Part shown: piece by piece, positions 49,621 through 60,815 of the stretch
Layout of the letters: every line of letters begins with the position of its first letter
Position numbering within the stretch: the stretch's first letter is position 1
Assembly (NCBI GenBank): GCA_963739455.1
Contig: CAVUAK010000001.1
Span: 928,001 to 992,000 of the forward strand
Source: an uncultured Gemmatimonadales bacterium
GTDB taxonomy: Bacteria; Gemmatimonadota; Gemmatimonadetes; Gemmatimonadales; GWC2-71-9
Length of the DNA: 64,000 nt
Direction of reading: 5' to 3'
Translations under genes and position numbers: made by a program
The notes under the pieces: generated by a model
Database searches by the model: none
What the model saw: the letters and a program-made list of their open reading frames with translations, nothing else
What the model was told of the DNA's origin: nothing

Positions 49621-50980
49621 GCTTGCCTTCATCCGCGCCACGGCCCGGCGTCATGAAGGTGGCTTGCAGTACGCGCTCCTCCCGGCCGGTTGAGATCCTC
49701 ACCCGGAAGGGGATGCTGCGCGCCGGGCCGCTGTCACGCGGCATGCGCACCACCACCGGCACCGTGCGGTCCTCGGTGGACCCGAGTTCGACAGGGGGAG
49801 CCAGTACCGAGGCCCCCGCCAGGCCCTCGAGCGTCACCGTGTAGCTGGTGGCACCGGGGCGTGCGTCGTTGTTGCCGATGTTGAGCAGGTAGGTGTTGCG
49901 GATGGTGCCGTCGTCGTCCAGCACGAACGTGGACCCGGGGCTCCGCGACAGTTCCGCCTCGAACGCCACGTGGGACCGCAGCACGACGATTGCAGCCACG
50001 GCCAGTGAAGCGATCATCCCACCGTAGATGATCGGCCGCGGTCGCAGCAGGCTCCGCGCCTCACCCCGGCTCTCGGCCTCGGTGGTGTATACGATGAGGC
50101 CTGTGTGGCCGAGCTTCTCCATGACGTGGTCGCAGGCGTCGATGCAGCGGGCACAGCCGATGCACTCGAGCTGGTATCCATTCCTGATGTCGATGCCGGT
50201 GGGACAGACGTTGACGCAAAGGTTGCAGGCGACGCAGCGGCCATCGAGCTTCGCGTCGGCGCCACCGCGCGGCTCCCCCCGCTGGGTCTCGTAGGTGATC
50301 TGCAGGGTGTGGTCGTCTGTCATGACGCCCTGGAGACGGGCGTACGGGCAGAGGTAGATGCAGAACTGTTCCCGGAACCAGGCGAAATCGAGGAACGCAA
50401 TCGTCGCCATGATACCGGCGAAGGCGTAGCTGGTGCTTCCCGCTTGCCCCGTCCAGAGCGCGCGCGAATCACCGAAGTACCCCACGAACGACGAGGCTCC
50501 CACGATGGCCACGAGCGCGAACACCGCCCACTTCCCCAGCCGCCGAAGGACGCGGTTCGTGGTCAGGGGGCCGGCGTCGCGCTTCATGCGCGCATTGCGG
50601 TCGCCCTCGAAGAATTTCTCGATGGGCCTGATGAGTTCCTCGAGGAAGACCGTCTGCGGACAGGCATAGCCGCACCAGAGGCGGCCGAAGAGCGAAGTGA
50701 AGAAGAAGAGCGAGAACGCCAGCGACAACAGCAGGATGAGGATCAGCACGGTGTCGGATGCGGTGTAGATGGCGCCGAACGCGTAGAGCCTCCGCTCCGG
50801 GATGTTCGCCTGCAGCACCGGGTTTCCCCCGACCCGGAGCCAGGGCACGCCCAGCAGGATGGCCAGCAGCATCCACCCGCTGATGCGGTGCAGGCGCTGG
50901 AAGCGCCCCCCGATCGACTGGGGGTACACCCAGGCGCGAACCCCCTCCGCGAAGCCGAGCCGCGCCAGCAGGTTGGTCAC
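49607..50980 (-). CDS. ccoG: Cytochrome c oxidase accessory protein CcoG/FixG
   Basis: GRLWCGYACPQTVF, REQFCIYLCPY, CVACNLCVNVCPTGIDIR, CIGCARCIDAC. Confidence 0.95.
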   Translation of the reverse strand: MTNLLARLGFAEGVRAWVYPQSIGGRFQRLHRISGWMLLAILLGVPWLRVGGNPVLQANIPERRLYAFGAIYTASDTVLILILLLSLAFSLFFFTSLFGRLWCGYACPQTVFLEELIRPIEKFFEGDRNARMKRDAGPLTTNRVLRRLGKWAVFALVAIVGASSFVGYFGDSRALWTGQAGSTSYAFAGIMATIAFLDFAWFREQFCIYLCPYARLQGVMTDDHTLQITYETQRGEPRGGADAKLDGRCVACNLCVNVCPTGIDIRNGYQLECIGCARCIDACDHVMEKLGHTGLIVYTTEAESRGEARSLLRPRPIIYGGMIASLAVAAIVVLRSHVAFEAELSRSPGSTFVLDDDGTIRNTYLLNIGNNDARPGATSYTVTLEGLAGASVLAPPVELGSTEDRTVPVVVRMPRDSGPARSIPFRVRISTGREERVLQATFMTPGRGADEGKHAPD

Positions 50981-51471
50981 TGCTTCGAGATGATGTAGGC
51001 GGCCACCTCGCCAATCTTCTCGTTGCCGAGGATGGGCCCCCAGGTGGGCATGCCCTTGGCCGCCACGCCATTGGTGATGGTGGCGACGATTTCTTCCGGC
51101 GTGCGGCCATGCAGCCAGGTGCTGTCCACCAGGTTCGGGCCGATGCCGCCCTGCAGGGTCGCGCCATGACACGCTACGCAGTTCGCCTGGTACACCGCCT
51201 CGCCCGCCGCAATCGCCGCCGGCGTCTGCTCGACGGTCGCCAGCTGGCTCGACTTCGGCCAGCGTGCCTCCGCCTCGGCCACCTGCGCCGCGAGTGACTT
51301 CACGTAGGACTTCTTCGCGATGAAGTGGTAGTAGGCGACGTAGCCCACCGCCCAGATGATCGTCACATAGAAGAGCCCGACCCACCAGTTGGGCATCGGG
51401 TTGTCGTACTCCTCGATGCCGTCGCTCTCGGCGCCATGGCCGAGAATCTGGTTGCGCTCCTGCTTGCTCAC
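50977..51471 (-). CDS. ccoP: cbb3 oxidase subunit III CcoP (single heme)
   Basis: DGIEEYDNPMPNWW; one CVACH; GIGPNL.D..WLHG; KGMPTW. Confidence 0.9.
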   Translation of the reverse strand: MSKQERNQILGHGAESDGIEEYDNPMPNWWVGLFYVTIIWAVGYVAYYHFIAKKSYVKSLAAQVAEAEARWPKSSQLATVEQTPAAIAAGEAVYQANCVACHGATLQGGIGPNLVDSTWLHGRTPEEIVATITNGVAAKGMPTWGPILGNEKIGEVAAYIISKQ

Positions 51472-51647
51472 GGCTCGCCTCCATCCATGAAGGGCTGTCG
51501 TGCTGCCTCCTCCAGGCGCGCGCGGTTCTGCGGCGCCCACGCCCACACCACCCAGCCGGCAAAGCACGCGAAGAAGACCACGGTCATGATGCCAAGCAGC
51601 CAGCCGCCCTGGACGCTGGCTGCGGCCTCCCGGATGAGCGGGTTCAT
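51468..51647 (-). CDS. ccoQ: cbb3 oxidase subunit CcoQ (59 aa)
   Basis: Not in ORF track; TVVFFACFAGWVVWAW...LEEAARQPF; overlaps both neighbours by 4 nt. Confidence 0.88.
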   Translation of the reverse strand: MNPLIREAAASVQGGWLLGIMTVVFFACFAGWVVWAWAPQNRARLEEAARQPFMDGGEP

Positions 51648-52360
51648 GGGACCGCCGCCTTCGTTGCGCCCGCCGCGATGGCCGCGGTGCCGTCCTTACC
51701 CAGTCGCTGCAGGTAGGCGATCAGCGCCACGATCTCCTCGTCGGGCTCGGCGGTGAACCCGCCGGTCTTCAGGCTCGCCACGATCTCTCCGCCCTGGGCC
51801 CGCATCTGTTCCGGGATCCCGGCGATGGTCGCATCGTCATAGGGCACACCCACCTTGCGAAGGGTGCGCACCGTCGCGACCAGGTCGTTCGGGTCCACCT
51901 TCGTGCCGTAGAGCCATCCGTACGTCGGCATGATGCTTCCCGGCGACGTGCTGCGCGGGTCCTTCATGTGCTGGTAGTGCCAGGCATCGGGATACTTCCC
52001 CCCGACCCGCTGGAGGTCGGGGCCGATGCGCCGCGACCCGAGGAGAAACGGGTGGTCGTACTCGTACTCGCCGGCGCGCGTCCACTCGCCGTAGCGCAGC
52101 ATCTCGGCGCGCGTGGGCCGGATCATCTGCGAATGGCAGGTCACGCAGCCCTCACGGATGTAGATGTCGCGACCCGCGACCTCGAGCGGCGTCAGCGGCG
52201 TCACGCCGGGCAGGTGCTCCGGGCCCAGCTTCGCGCTGAACATCGGGATGATCTCCACCAGCCCACCGATCGAGATCGCGATGGCGGTGAGGACCGCCAT
52301 CGTGCCGCCGCGGGCCTCGATGACCCTTCGGTGAAAGCCGTCCTTGTGCTCGCTCGCCAT
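51644..52360 (-). CDS. ccoO: cbb3 oxidase subunit II CcoO
   Basis: GRDIYIREGCVTCHSQMIRP; GSRRIGPDL; SIMP.Y. Confidence 0.96.
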   Translation of the reverse strand: MASEHKDGFHRRVIEARGGTMAVLTAIAISIGGLVEIIPMFSAKLGPEHLPGVTPLTPLEVAGRDIYIREGCVTCHSQMIRPTRAEMLRYGEWTRAGEYEYDHPFLLGSRRIGPDLQRVGGKYPDAWHYQHMKDPRSTSPGSIMPTYGWLYGTKVDPNDLVATVRTLRKVGVPYDDATIAGIPEQMRAQGGEIVASLKTGGFTAEPDEEIVALIAYLQRLGKDGTAAIAAGATKAAVP

Positions 52361-52370
52361 GGCCGGTCTC

Positions 52371-53819
52371 CTAGGCGCGAGCCGGCAGGGCGTCGCCGGT
52401 CGCGGGTGTGGTGGCGCGCGCGGCGCGGGCCGATAGGATGAAGTTGATTGCCATCAGCACCACGCCGGCCAGGAACAGCGTGCCACCGGCCAGCCGCATC
52501 CAGTAGAACGGGGCGAGCTTCTCGACCACGTAGGCCCACACCGGGTACCGCAACTGGCCGTTCGAGGGATCGATGGCCCGCCAGAACATCCCCTCGGTGA
52601 GTCCGCCCGCCCACATCGACACGGTGTAGAGCACGATGCCCGTCGTGGCGACCCAGAAGTGGGTCGTGACCCATTCCGGCTTGAGCAGCGGCTTGCCGAA
52701 GAGCCTGGGGAACAGCCAGTAGAGGATGGCAAAGGACAGCATGCCGTTCCAGCCCAGTGCGCCACTGTGCACGTGCCCGATGATCCAGTTGGTGAAGTGC
52801 CCGAGGCTGTTGACCGCGCGGATCGAGAGCAGTGGCCCCTCGAACGTGGCCATGCCGTAGAAGCTGATTGCCACCACCATGAACTTGAGGATCGGGTCGG
52901 TGCGCACCCGGTCCCAGGCGCCGCGCAGCGTCAGCAGGCCGTTGATCATGCCGCCCCACGATGGCGCGAGCAGCATGATGCTGAACACCATGCCGAGCGT
53001 CTGGGCCCATTCCGGCACCGCCGAGTACAGCAGGTGGTGCGGGCCGGCCCAGATGTAGAGGAAAACCAGCGACCAGAAGTGGATGATCGACAGCCGGTAG
53101 CTGTAGATCGGCTTATCCGCCGCGCGGGGCAGGAAGTAGTACATGAGCCCCAGGAAGGGCGTCGTCAGGAAGAAGGCGACGGCGTTGTGGCCGTACCACC
53201 ACTGCACCAGCGCATCGGTCAAACCGCCGAATACGGGGTAGGAACGGGTGAGGGTGGCGGGAATCTGGATGTTGTTCACGATGTGGAGCACGGCGATCGT
53301 GATCACGAACGACATGTAGAACCAGATCGCGACGTACAGGTGATCGACCTTCCTCGTGGCAATCGTGCCGAAGAAGTTGACCGCGAAGATCACCCAGACG
53401 ATGGCGATCGCCCAGTCGATCGGCCAGATCAGCTCCGCATACTCGTGCGTCTGCGTCAGGCCGAACGGCAGCGTCAGGGCCGCAGACACGATGATGAGCT
53501 GCCACCCCCAGAAGTGCAGCCGGGAGAGGGTGTCGTTCCACATCCGTGTCTTGAGCAGCCGCTGCATCGAGTAGTAGATGCCGGTGAAGCAGATGTTGCC
53601 GCAGAAGGCGAAGACCACGGCGTTGGTGTGCAGCGGCCGGAGCCGGCCGAAGGTGAGCTGCGGGATGCCCATGTTGGCGGGCCACCAGGCGAGCTCGAGG
53701 GCGATGAAGACGCCCACCAGCATGCCGACGATCGCCCACGTCACCGTGGCGATGAAGAACAGCCGGACGATGGAGTCGTCGTACGTTGTGGGCGATGCCG
53801 GCCCGGTTGCTGTGGCCAC
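52371..53819 (-). CDS. ccoN: cbb3 oxidase subunit I CcoN
   Basis: GRLRPLHTN, QWWYGHNAV, WAGPHHL, GHVHSGALGW. Confidence 0.97.
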   Translation of the reverse strand: MATATGPASPTTYDDSIVRLFFIATVTWAIVGMLVGVFIALELAWWPANMGIPQLTFGRLRPLHTNAVVFAFCGNICFTGIYYSMQRLLKTRMWNDTLSRLHFWGWQLIIVSAALTLPFGLTQTHEYAELIWPIDWAIAIVWVIFAVNFFGTIATRKVDHLYVAIWFYMSFVITIAVLHIVNNIQIPATLTRSYPVFGGLTDALVQWWYGHNAVAFFLTTPFLGLMYYFLPRAADKPIYSYRLSIIHFWSLVFLYIWAGPHHLLYSAVPEWAQTLGMVFSIMLLAPSWGGMINGLLTLRGAWDRVRTDPILKFMVVAISFYGMATFEGPLLSIRAVNSLGHFTNWIIGHVHSGALGWNGMLSFAILYWLFPRLFGKPLLKPEWVTTHFWVATTGIVLYTVSMWAGGLTEGMFWRAIDPSNGQLRYPVWAYVVEKLAPFYWMRLAGGTLFLAGVVLMAINFILSARAARATTPATGDALPARA

Positions 53820-53936
53820 GATTTGACCGCCGGATAGGGTATGATGGGTCGTGAACGCCGATAACCTGAGGGCGGCCCCCTGTAGCCATGCCCAAGACTC
53901 CGTGAAGGCTTCTTCATGCGAACTTGAGGTGGCTCG

Positions 53937-54584
53937 ATGACCTCGCTGCTGGCAGGCGCCTTCGTGGCCGGCCTCGTGGGGAGCCCGCACTGCGTAGCCA
54001 TGTGCGGTGGTTTCGCGGTGACGTGCAGCCGGACGCCGCGCGGCGCCGTCGCGTGGCACCTCGGGCGCCTGACTACCTACGCCGGCCTTGGTGCCCTGGC
54101 TGCCCTGTTCGGTCGCGTCCTTCCCGGGCCTCCCTGGGTATCAGCCGTGGTGTCGGCTGCGCTCCTCACCTGGTTCGCCGGCGCGCTCGCCGGCCTGGTG
54201 CCCGAGCCACGCGTTACGCTGCCGGGGCTGGGTGACAAGATGCAGCGGCTGCTGGCGAGCGATAGGGCCATCTCGCGCTTTGCCTTCGGCATGGCCAACG
54301 GACTCCTGCCCTGCGGGCTGGTCTATGCCGCGCTCGCACTGCCGATGGCGCTCGGCAACGCGCCGCTCGGTGCCCTGGCGATGGTGTTGTTCGGCCTGGG
54401 TACCGTTCCCGCCCTTGCTACCCTCGCCAATGGTCTCGCGCGGGTGCTCCGGCAGGGACTGTGGCCTCGTCGCCTGCTCGCGGCAGGCATGCTCATCGTG
54501 GGACTCTGGTCGATCGCGACACGGGCGGGATGGATAGGAGATGGCATGCACGGTACGACTCATCAGCACGGGACATCACCATGA
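53937..54584 (+). CDS. DsbD_2/TauE-like membrane protein commonly linked to cbb3 clusters
   Basis: [32 protein letters not shown]. Confidence 0.88.
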   Translation: MTSLLAGAFVAGLVGSPHCVAMCGGFAVTCSRTPRGAVAWHLGRLTTYAGLGALAALFGRVLPGPPWVSAVVSAALLTWFAGALAGLVPEPRVTLPGLGDKMQRLLASDRAISRFAFGMANGLLPCGLVYAALALPMALGNAPLGALAMVLFGLGTVPALATLANGLARVLRQGLWPRRLLAAGMLIVGLWSIATRAGWIGDGMHGTTHQHGTSP

Positions 54585-56069
54585 CCGCCACCGCGCCGCG
54601 AACGGGATCGCCGCTTCGCGCCTTCGCCGCGCAGCAACTTTCCCGTGCCGCCGGGGCGCCGCTCGTCGAGGGGAACCTCGTACGCATCCTCCGCGATGCG
54701 GCCGAGAACTATCCCGCGTGGATGGAAGCCATCGAGTCCGCCGAGCGCCTGATCTACTTCGAGTGCTACATCATCTCCGACGACGAGACGGGTCGCCGGT
54801 TTGCCGCTGCACTCGAGGCGAAGGCGCGGGCGGGGGTGACGGTGCGGCTGCTGTATGACTGGATCGGCTGCCGCGGTGAGTCGGGAGGCCGGTTCTACCG
54901 GGGGCTGCGCGAGGCCGGCGTGGAGGTACGCTGCTACAACCCGCCGAGGCTCGACAGTCCGTTCGGCTGGTTCACCCGCGATCACCGGAAAATGATCGCC
55001 GTTGATGGGCGCATCGGTTTCGTGACCGGTCTTTGCCTCAGCGCGCGGTGGGAGGGCGACCCCGCGAAGGGTATCGATCCGTGGCGCGACACCGGCGTGC
55101 AGGTCGAGGGACCGGCGCTCGCCGACCTCGAGAATGCGTTCGCCGAGGTGTGGGCCGCCACCGGGGCGCCGATTCCCCCCGGTGAACTGACGCCTCCCGC
55201 TACGATGTTGCCTCGCGGCGACGTCGCGCTGCGCGTCATTCCGACGGCACCAGCCACCACCGCGGTGTATCGCCTCGACCTGGTGATGAGCTCCATCGCC
55301 CGGAAGACACTCTGGCTCACCGACGCCTACTTCGTCGGCATTCCCCCGTACGTGCAGGCGCTCTGCCAGGCAGCGCGCGACGGCGTGGATGTGCGCCTGC
55401 TGGTGCCTGGCGGTAGTGACGTGCCCCTCGTAAGCCCCCTCTCCCGGACAGGGCTACCGCCCGCTGCTCGAGGCTGGCGTGCGGGTGTTCGAGTGGAACG
55501 GCACGATGCTGCATGCGAAGACCGCGGTGGTCGATGGCATGTGGGCCCGGGTCGGCTCGACCAACCTCAACCTCCAGAGCTGGATGGGAAATTACGAGCT
55601 CGATGTTGCGGTCGAGGACGCGGACTTTGCCCAGCAGATGGAAGCCATCTACATCGAGGACCTGGCCAACGCGACGGAGATTGTGCTGTCGAAACGGTCG
55701 CGGATCCAGCCGATCGCGCGCCCAACGGGTCGGCGATGGCGTGGGCTGCGCGAACGTGGCTCGGGCCGGGCAGCCACGAGCGCTGTTCGCTGGGCGAATT
55801 CGGTCGGAGCGGCATTGACCAGCCGGCGGGAGCTTGGCCCGGCGGAAAGTCACCTGATGCTCGGCGCGGGAGTCCTGCTGGGGGTGGTCGCCGTAGTCGG
55901 GGTGCTCTGGCCCAGGGTCATCACCATTCCGCTCGCGATAGTGGCGGCCTGGGTGGCACTCACCTCCCTGTTGCGGGCATGGCGCCTGGCCCGTGAACAG
56001 GAAATCGGCGCGGAAATCCACGCGTCCATCTCAGGTGCAACCGAGCCCCTGACGAAACGTCTCCCCTGA
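54581..56069 (+). CDS. cls: Cardiolipin synthase / phospholipase D (frameshift near 55450)
   Basis: Two HKD motifs ([18 protein letters not shown]...GSTNL); C-terminal TM hairpin. Confidence 0.88.
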
Positions 56070-56180
56070 CCCGCCGCCGGACGACTCGTTACCATAGAGG
56101 TCCGGTGCGCGCTCGACCTAATCGCGTATCTCGTTCCCCCGCAGGGGGTTGTCCTGTTGTCGAGCCTTGCTCACGAGCCC

Positions 56181-58241
56181 ATGCACCAGCGTCGTTCCAA
56201 CGCTCAGTCTCGCGCCACTATCGCCCTGCTCTGCAGCCTGGTTTCGGCGGCTTGCAGCACGCAACCGGCGTCCTCGGTGGCAGGACCCACGCCGAAGCCG
56301 GCTCCGGAAGCTCCGGCGTCCACGGCGGCCAAGACCGCTCCCGCCGCGAAGCCGGCGAAGCCGCAGGCCACGCGAGCCGAGAGCACCAGGGCGTTCGCCT
56401 TGCCGGTGTGGGGCGCGTTCGACAGCGCCGTGGCGCGCGGCACGCGCACCCACACTGGTGAGCCTGGCCCAGCGTACTGGCAGCAGCGCACGGAGTATCG
56501 CCTCGAGGCCGAACTCAACCAGGTCAGCAAGCGGCTGACGGGGCGCGGCACGGTCGTCTATCACAACAACTCGCCCAACACGCTCGACACGCTCTACTTC
56601 CAGGCGTATGGCAACCTCTTCGCGCCGGACGCGAAGAGGAACACGCAGCTGCTCGCGTCGCTGGGCGGCATCATCTTCACCAAGGTCGTGGTCGAGGGCA
56701 CGTCGCTCGACTCGACCGCGCTCGGCGCCGGGTGGACAGTGTCGGGCACGATCATGACCTTGCGCCTCCCGAAGCCAGTTCTTCCCGGGCACGAGCGTCG
56801 AACTCGCGTTCGACTGGAACCTGCGCATCCCTCCCGACGGTCCCCGCGGCGGCCAGGATCGCGAGACCTACGTGCTCAGCTACTGGTATCCCCAGGTCGC
56901 CGTCTACGACGACGTGAACGGCTGGCAGATCGACCAGTACCTGGGCAACGCCGAGTTCTACATGGGCTACGGCGACTACGACGTGGCGCTCACCGTGCCC
57001 GAGGGATGGCTGGTGGCGTCCACCGGTACGCTCGAGAACCCCGACGAGGTGCTCGGCAAGGAGACCCGCGCGCGCCTGGCGAAGGGCCCGCGCCGGTGGT
57101 GCGGTGGTGAGCGTGGTGGGCGAGGGTGATCGCGGTGCAGGGAAGGCCACCGCGAAGGGCAGCAACGGCAAGCTCACCTGGCGCTTCAAGGCGGAAAATG
57201 TCCGCGACGTCACCTGGGCGACGTCCAACCTGTACCTCTGGGACGCCACGACCGCATCGGTGGGCGACCTGAAGGGCGATGGCGTTCCCGACACCACCAT
57301 GATCTACAGCTTCTACCGCCCTGACCAGCGGCGGAACGGCTGGGGCGAGAGCGCGCCGTACGCTGCCCGCTCGATCAGCATCTTCTCGCGGGTACTCTGG
57401 CCCTATCCCTACCCGCACATGACGGTGGTGGACGGTCCCTCGAGCTGCGGCGGGATGGAATACCCGATGATGACCTGCATCGGCGGCGACTGGAATGCGC
57501 GGACGCTCTTCGACGTCGAGGCGCACGAGATCGCCCACATGTGGTTCCCCATGCAGGTGGGTTCGGACGAGAAGCGGTACGCCTGGATGGACGAGGGCAT
57601 GGCGCAGTACTTCCAGTCCGTGGCCATCGACGCGCAGTTTCCCGACGCCGACGACGTGGGCGAGAACCGGCGCAACTACCTCGGCATGGCGCGCTACGGC
57701 AAGGAAACCGAGATGATGCGGAATGGCGACAAGTATCCCGACTACAACGCCTACGGCATCGCCAGCTACTTCAAGCCGGCCACGGTCCTCGTGGCGCTCG
57801 GCGGCGTCATCGGCGACTCGACGCTGATGCAGGGCATCCGCGAATACGGGAAGCGCTGGACGGATCGGCACCCGATGCCGAACGATTTCTGGAACACGAT
57901 GAACCAGGTCTCGGGCGTGGATCTCGACTGGTTCTGGCGCACCTGGTACTACGAGACCTGGAAACTCGACCAGGCAATCGACGGCGTGGTGCGCACCAGC
58001 CCCGATACCATGGCCGTCACGATCGAGAACAAGGGCAGGGCCCCGATGCCGGTGCTGCTGGTGGCCCGCGGCGCCGGCGGCACCACCACCAGCCTCGTGG
58101 TGCCGGTCGACGTCTGGCTGCATGGGCGAGAAGAAGGTCACCGTCCAGATGGCGGTGCCGAGCGACTTCACCCGGGTGGAAATCGACCCGTTGCAGCGCT
58201 TCCCCGACACCGACCAGAGCAACCAGACGTGGCCCAGGTGA
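56181..58241 (+). CDS. M1 family metallopeptidase lipoprotein (frameshifts near 56790, 57090, 58128)
   Basis: PGPAYWQQ, WYPQVAVYDD, GGMEYPM, HEIAH...WMDEG, YFKP. Confidence 0.9.
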
Positions 58242-58442
58242 ACGCCGCGGGACGACGTATCGCGTCTCCGTCTCTACCGCCTCTGGCGCACCGCCACGAT
58301 TCTCTGCGCCCTTGGCGCAGTCGAGATCGGGGTGCTGGCCTGGCAGCGGCAGCAGCCATACCTGGCCATCGCCTGCGTGCCGCTCGTCGCCCTCGCCGTC
58401 TACGGCGCGCGCCGCGGCGGCGCGCTTCGCCGGACGCTGTAG
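58238..58442 (+). CDS. Possible small 2-TM protein (probably frameshifted at the 5' end)
   Basis: LYRLWRTATILCALGAVEIGVLAW...YLAIACVPLVALAVYG; GTGA overlap with the peptidase stop. Confidence 0.4.
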
Positions 58443-58521
58443 CTGCTCCAGCCGCCCCGCGTGTGGCGGCGCATCGCGCGAATCCCGCATATTCGCTGGG
58501 TACCCCCTCCGGGAGGGTTCC

Positions 58522-58716
58522 ATGGACTACGCACCGCTTGCTGCCGTGCTGGTCACGTACGCGGTCATTGGTTGCATCCTGCTGCTCACCATCGGGGCGC
58601 TGCTCTGCTTCCCCGGTCCCTCCCGACATCCGCCGGTGCTCCGGCGCGCCGATTCACCCGGGGTCGCCGCGCGCGTAGCGTCGTGCTCGCTTTCTTCATG
58701 CGGGGCACCAACGTAG
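58522..58716 (+). CDS. Possible small membrane protein
   Basis: GGGAGGG RBS; MDYAPLAAVLVTYAVIGCILLLTIGALLCF. Confidence 0.45.
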   Translation: MDYAPLAAVLVTYAVIGCILLLTIGALLCFPGPSRHPPVLRRADSPGVAARVASCSLSSCGAPT

Positions 58717-58773
58717 CTTGAAGGTCATGCCAATCGTCGTGCAGGCGTCCGGGACCCCCCAGCGTCGCGCAGC

Positions 58774-60815
58774 ATGACCAGTGTGCCCGCCTCGCCGCCA
58801 TCCGACGCGATCAACACCTTCCTGATCCGCGTGTCCATCGCGCTCCACAAGCACGGCACCTATCCGCCCGGGCATCCCGCGCTCGTGTCGGCCGACTCGG
58901 CGCTCGCCCTCTCGACCGAGGCGCTGTTTGCCGAGCGCGCCGCGCTCGGCATTGGTGTCGCGCGGCGCACCCTGCTCGTGGATGGCGTGCCGACCGACAG
59001 CACCAATGCGGTGGTGAAGGAGCTCGCCGAGCGGCTGCACCGGCGCGAGGTCGGCGGCATCATGCTGCGCCGCGGCGTCACCGCCGATGAGCTGAGCGAG
59101 GCGCTCCACCACCTGAGCGCCGACCCGACGCTGTTCCGCGAACGGCTGCACGGCCATGGCGAGCCGCTGCCGACTTGGCCCCACATCGACATCGTGCCGC
59201 CGGCGTTCCGCCGCCTGGCGCTGGCCGACGACGAGGAAGGAGCCGAGCAGGCCGACGAAGGAGCGGCGGCGCAGAAGCTGTGGCTCATGCTCGCGGCCGC
59301 CACGCTCGACCGCGGTGGCGACGACGCGATCTCGGAGGACGAGGCCCAGCCCGATCGCCTGGCCAGCCGGATCAACGCGTACGCGCGCGAGCGCCGGAGT
59401 GCCCGCGACGTGGGCGAGATGCTCGTGCGGCTCGGCCGCTACGCCAAGGGCGCCGGCGGCGTGGAGCGGCGCGCCCTCGAGGGCCAGGTGCGCTCCCTCG
59501 TGTCGCAGCTCTCGCCGCAGGCCCTCAGCTGGCTCTTCGCCGGCCAGAACCAGGAGGAACGCCGGGCGCTCATGACCGAGGCGGTCGATGCGCTGCCGGT
59601 GGACACCGTGGTGGAACTGCTGAAGGCGGCGGGGGAGTCGAACGAGCAGAACATCTCGCACTTCATGGTCCGCATGCTCCGGAAGCTCGCGGGCCAGGCG
59701 AAGGTGTCAGGCGACGCCGGCACCCAGGGCGACACCGAGCTGCGCGATGCCGCGCGCGAGATCGTGGACAACTGGACGCTCGAGGATCCCAACCCGCTCG
59801 AGCACACCCGCCTTCTCGACCAGCTGAGCCAGTTCGAGGTCTCCAAGGTGGAGGGCACCGTACCGCTCGCGGGCGAGGGCCTGCGCCTCATGCAGATCGC
59901 CGTCGAGACCAATGCCTCGGGGGATCACGTGCTCGAGGCCATCGAGCTGATGCTGGAGGCACGGGAACTCACCGCCCTGCTCGACCTGCTGGCCGGGACG
60001 ACCGACGCGCCGGACACGGTATCGCTGGCGCGGCGTCACCTGGGCTCGCCCGAGATACTCCGCCGCGTGCTGCTGGAGGAGCCGATCGATGCGGTGGGCA
60101 GCCAGCGGCTGCTCGACGAGGTCGGGATCCGAGGCCGCCGCCGGACTCGTGGATGCACTCGCCATCTCCGAGTCGCAGGGCACGCGACGCCTCATCCTCG
60201 AGCGGCTGGCCGCGATGGGCGGCGAGATCGGGCCCCTGCTCGCGGAGCGCCTGCCCCGGGTGCCCTGGTATGTGCAGCGGAACCTGCTGGCCCTGCTCGC
60301 CCGTCTCAAGACGCTGCCGCGCCGGCTTCGATGCCCGCGTCTACGCGGAAGATCCCGAGGTCACCGTTCGCTTCCAGGCGCTGAGCGTCATGGCGCGCCA
60401 GCCGAAGGGGCGTGAAGAGGCGATCCACCTGGCGCTGGCCGATGCCGATCCCCGGGTGGTGCGCCTCGGACTCGACGCGGCGGCCGGTGGCCTGCCGCGC
60501 CAGGCCGTCACCCGGCTCATGGTCCTCATCAACAACGCGGCGCGCCCGGTGGAACTCCGGCTGCGCGCGATCAAGCTGCTGGCGCAGGCGCCGACCCCTG
60601 CCACGCGTGACTGGCTGCTCGAGCGCGTCCTGACCAAGCGGACGCTCTTCCGCGGACCACGCCTCACCCCGAAGTCGCCCGAGATGCTGGCGGCGCTCGA
60701 GGTGCTGTCGCGCAAGTGGCAGGCGCACCCGCAGGCGGCGTATGCGCTCAAGCTGGCCGTGGAGAGTGGCGATCCCGAACTCGCCGCCGCCGCTGCCGGA
60801 CAGGAGGTCGCGTGA
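58774..60815 (+). CDS. Large helical protein: N-terminal YPPGHP domain plus C-terminal HEAT repeats (frameshifts near 60130, 60320)
   Basis: PWYVQRNLLALL, DPEVTVRFQAL, LADADPRVVRLGL, VELRLRAIKLL HEAT-like units. Confidence 0.8.
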
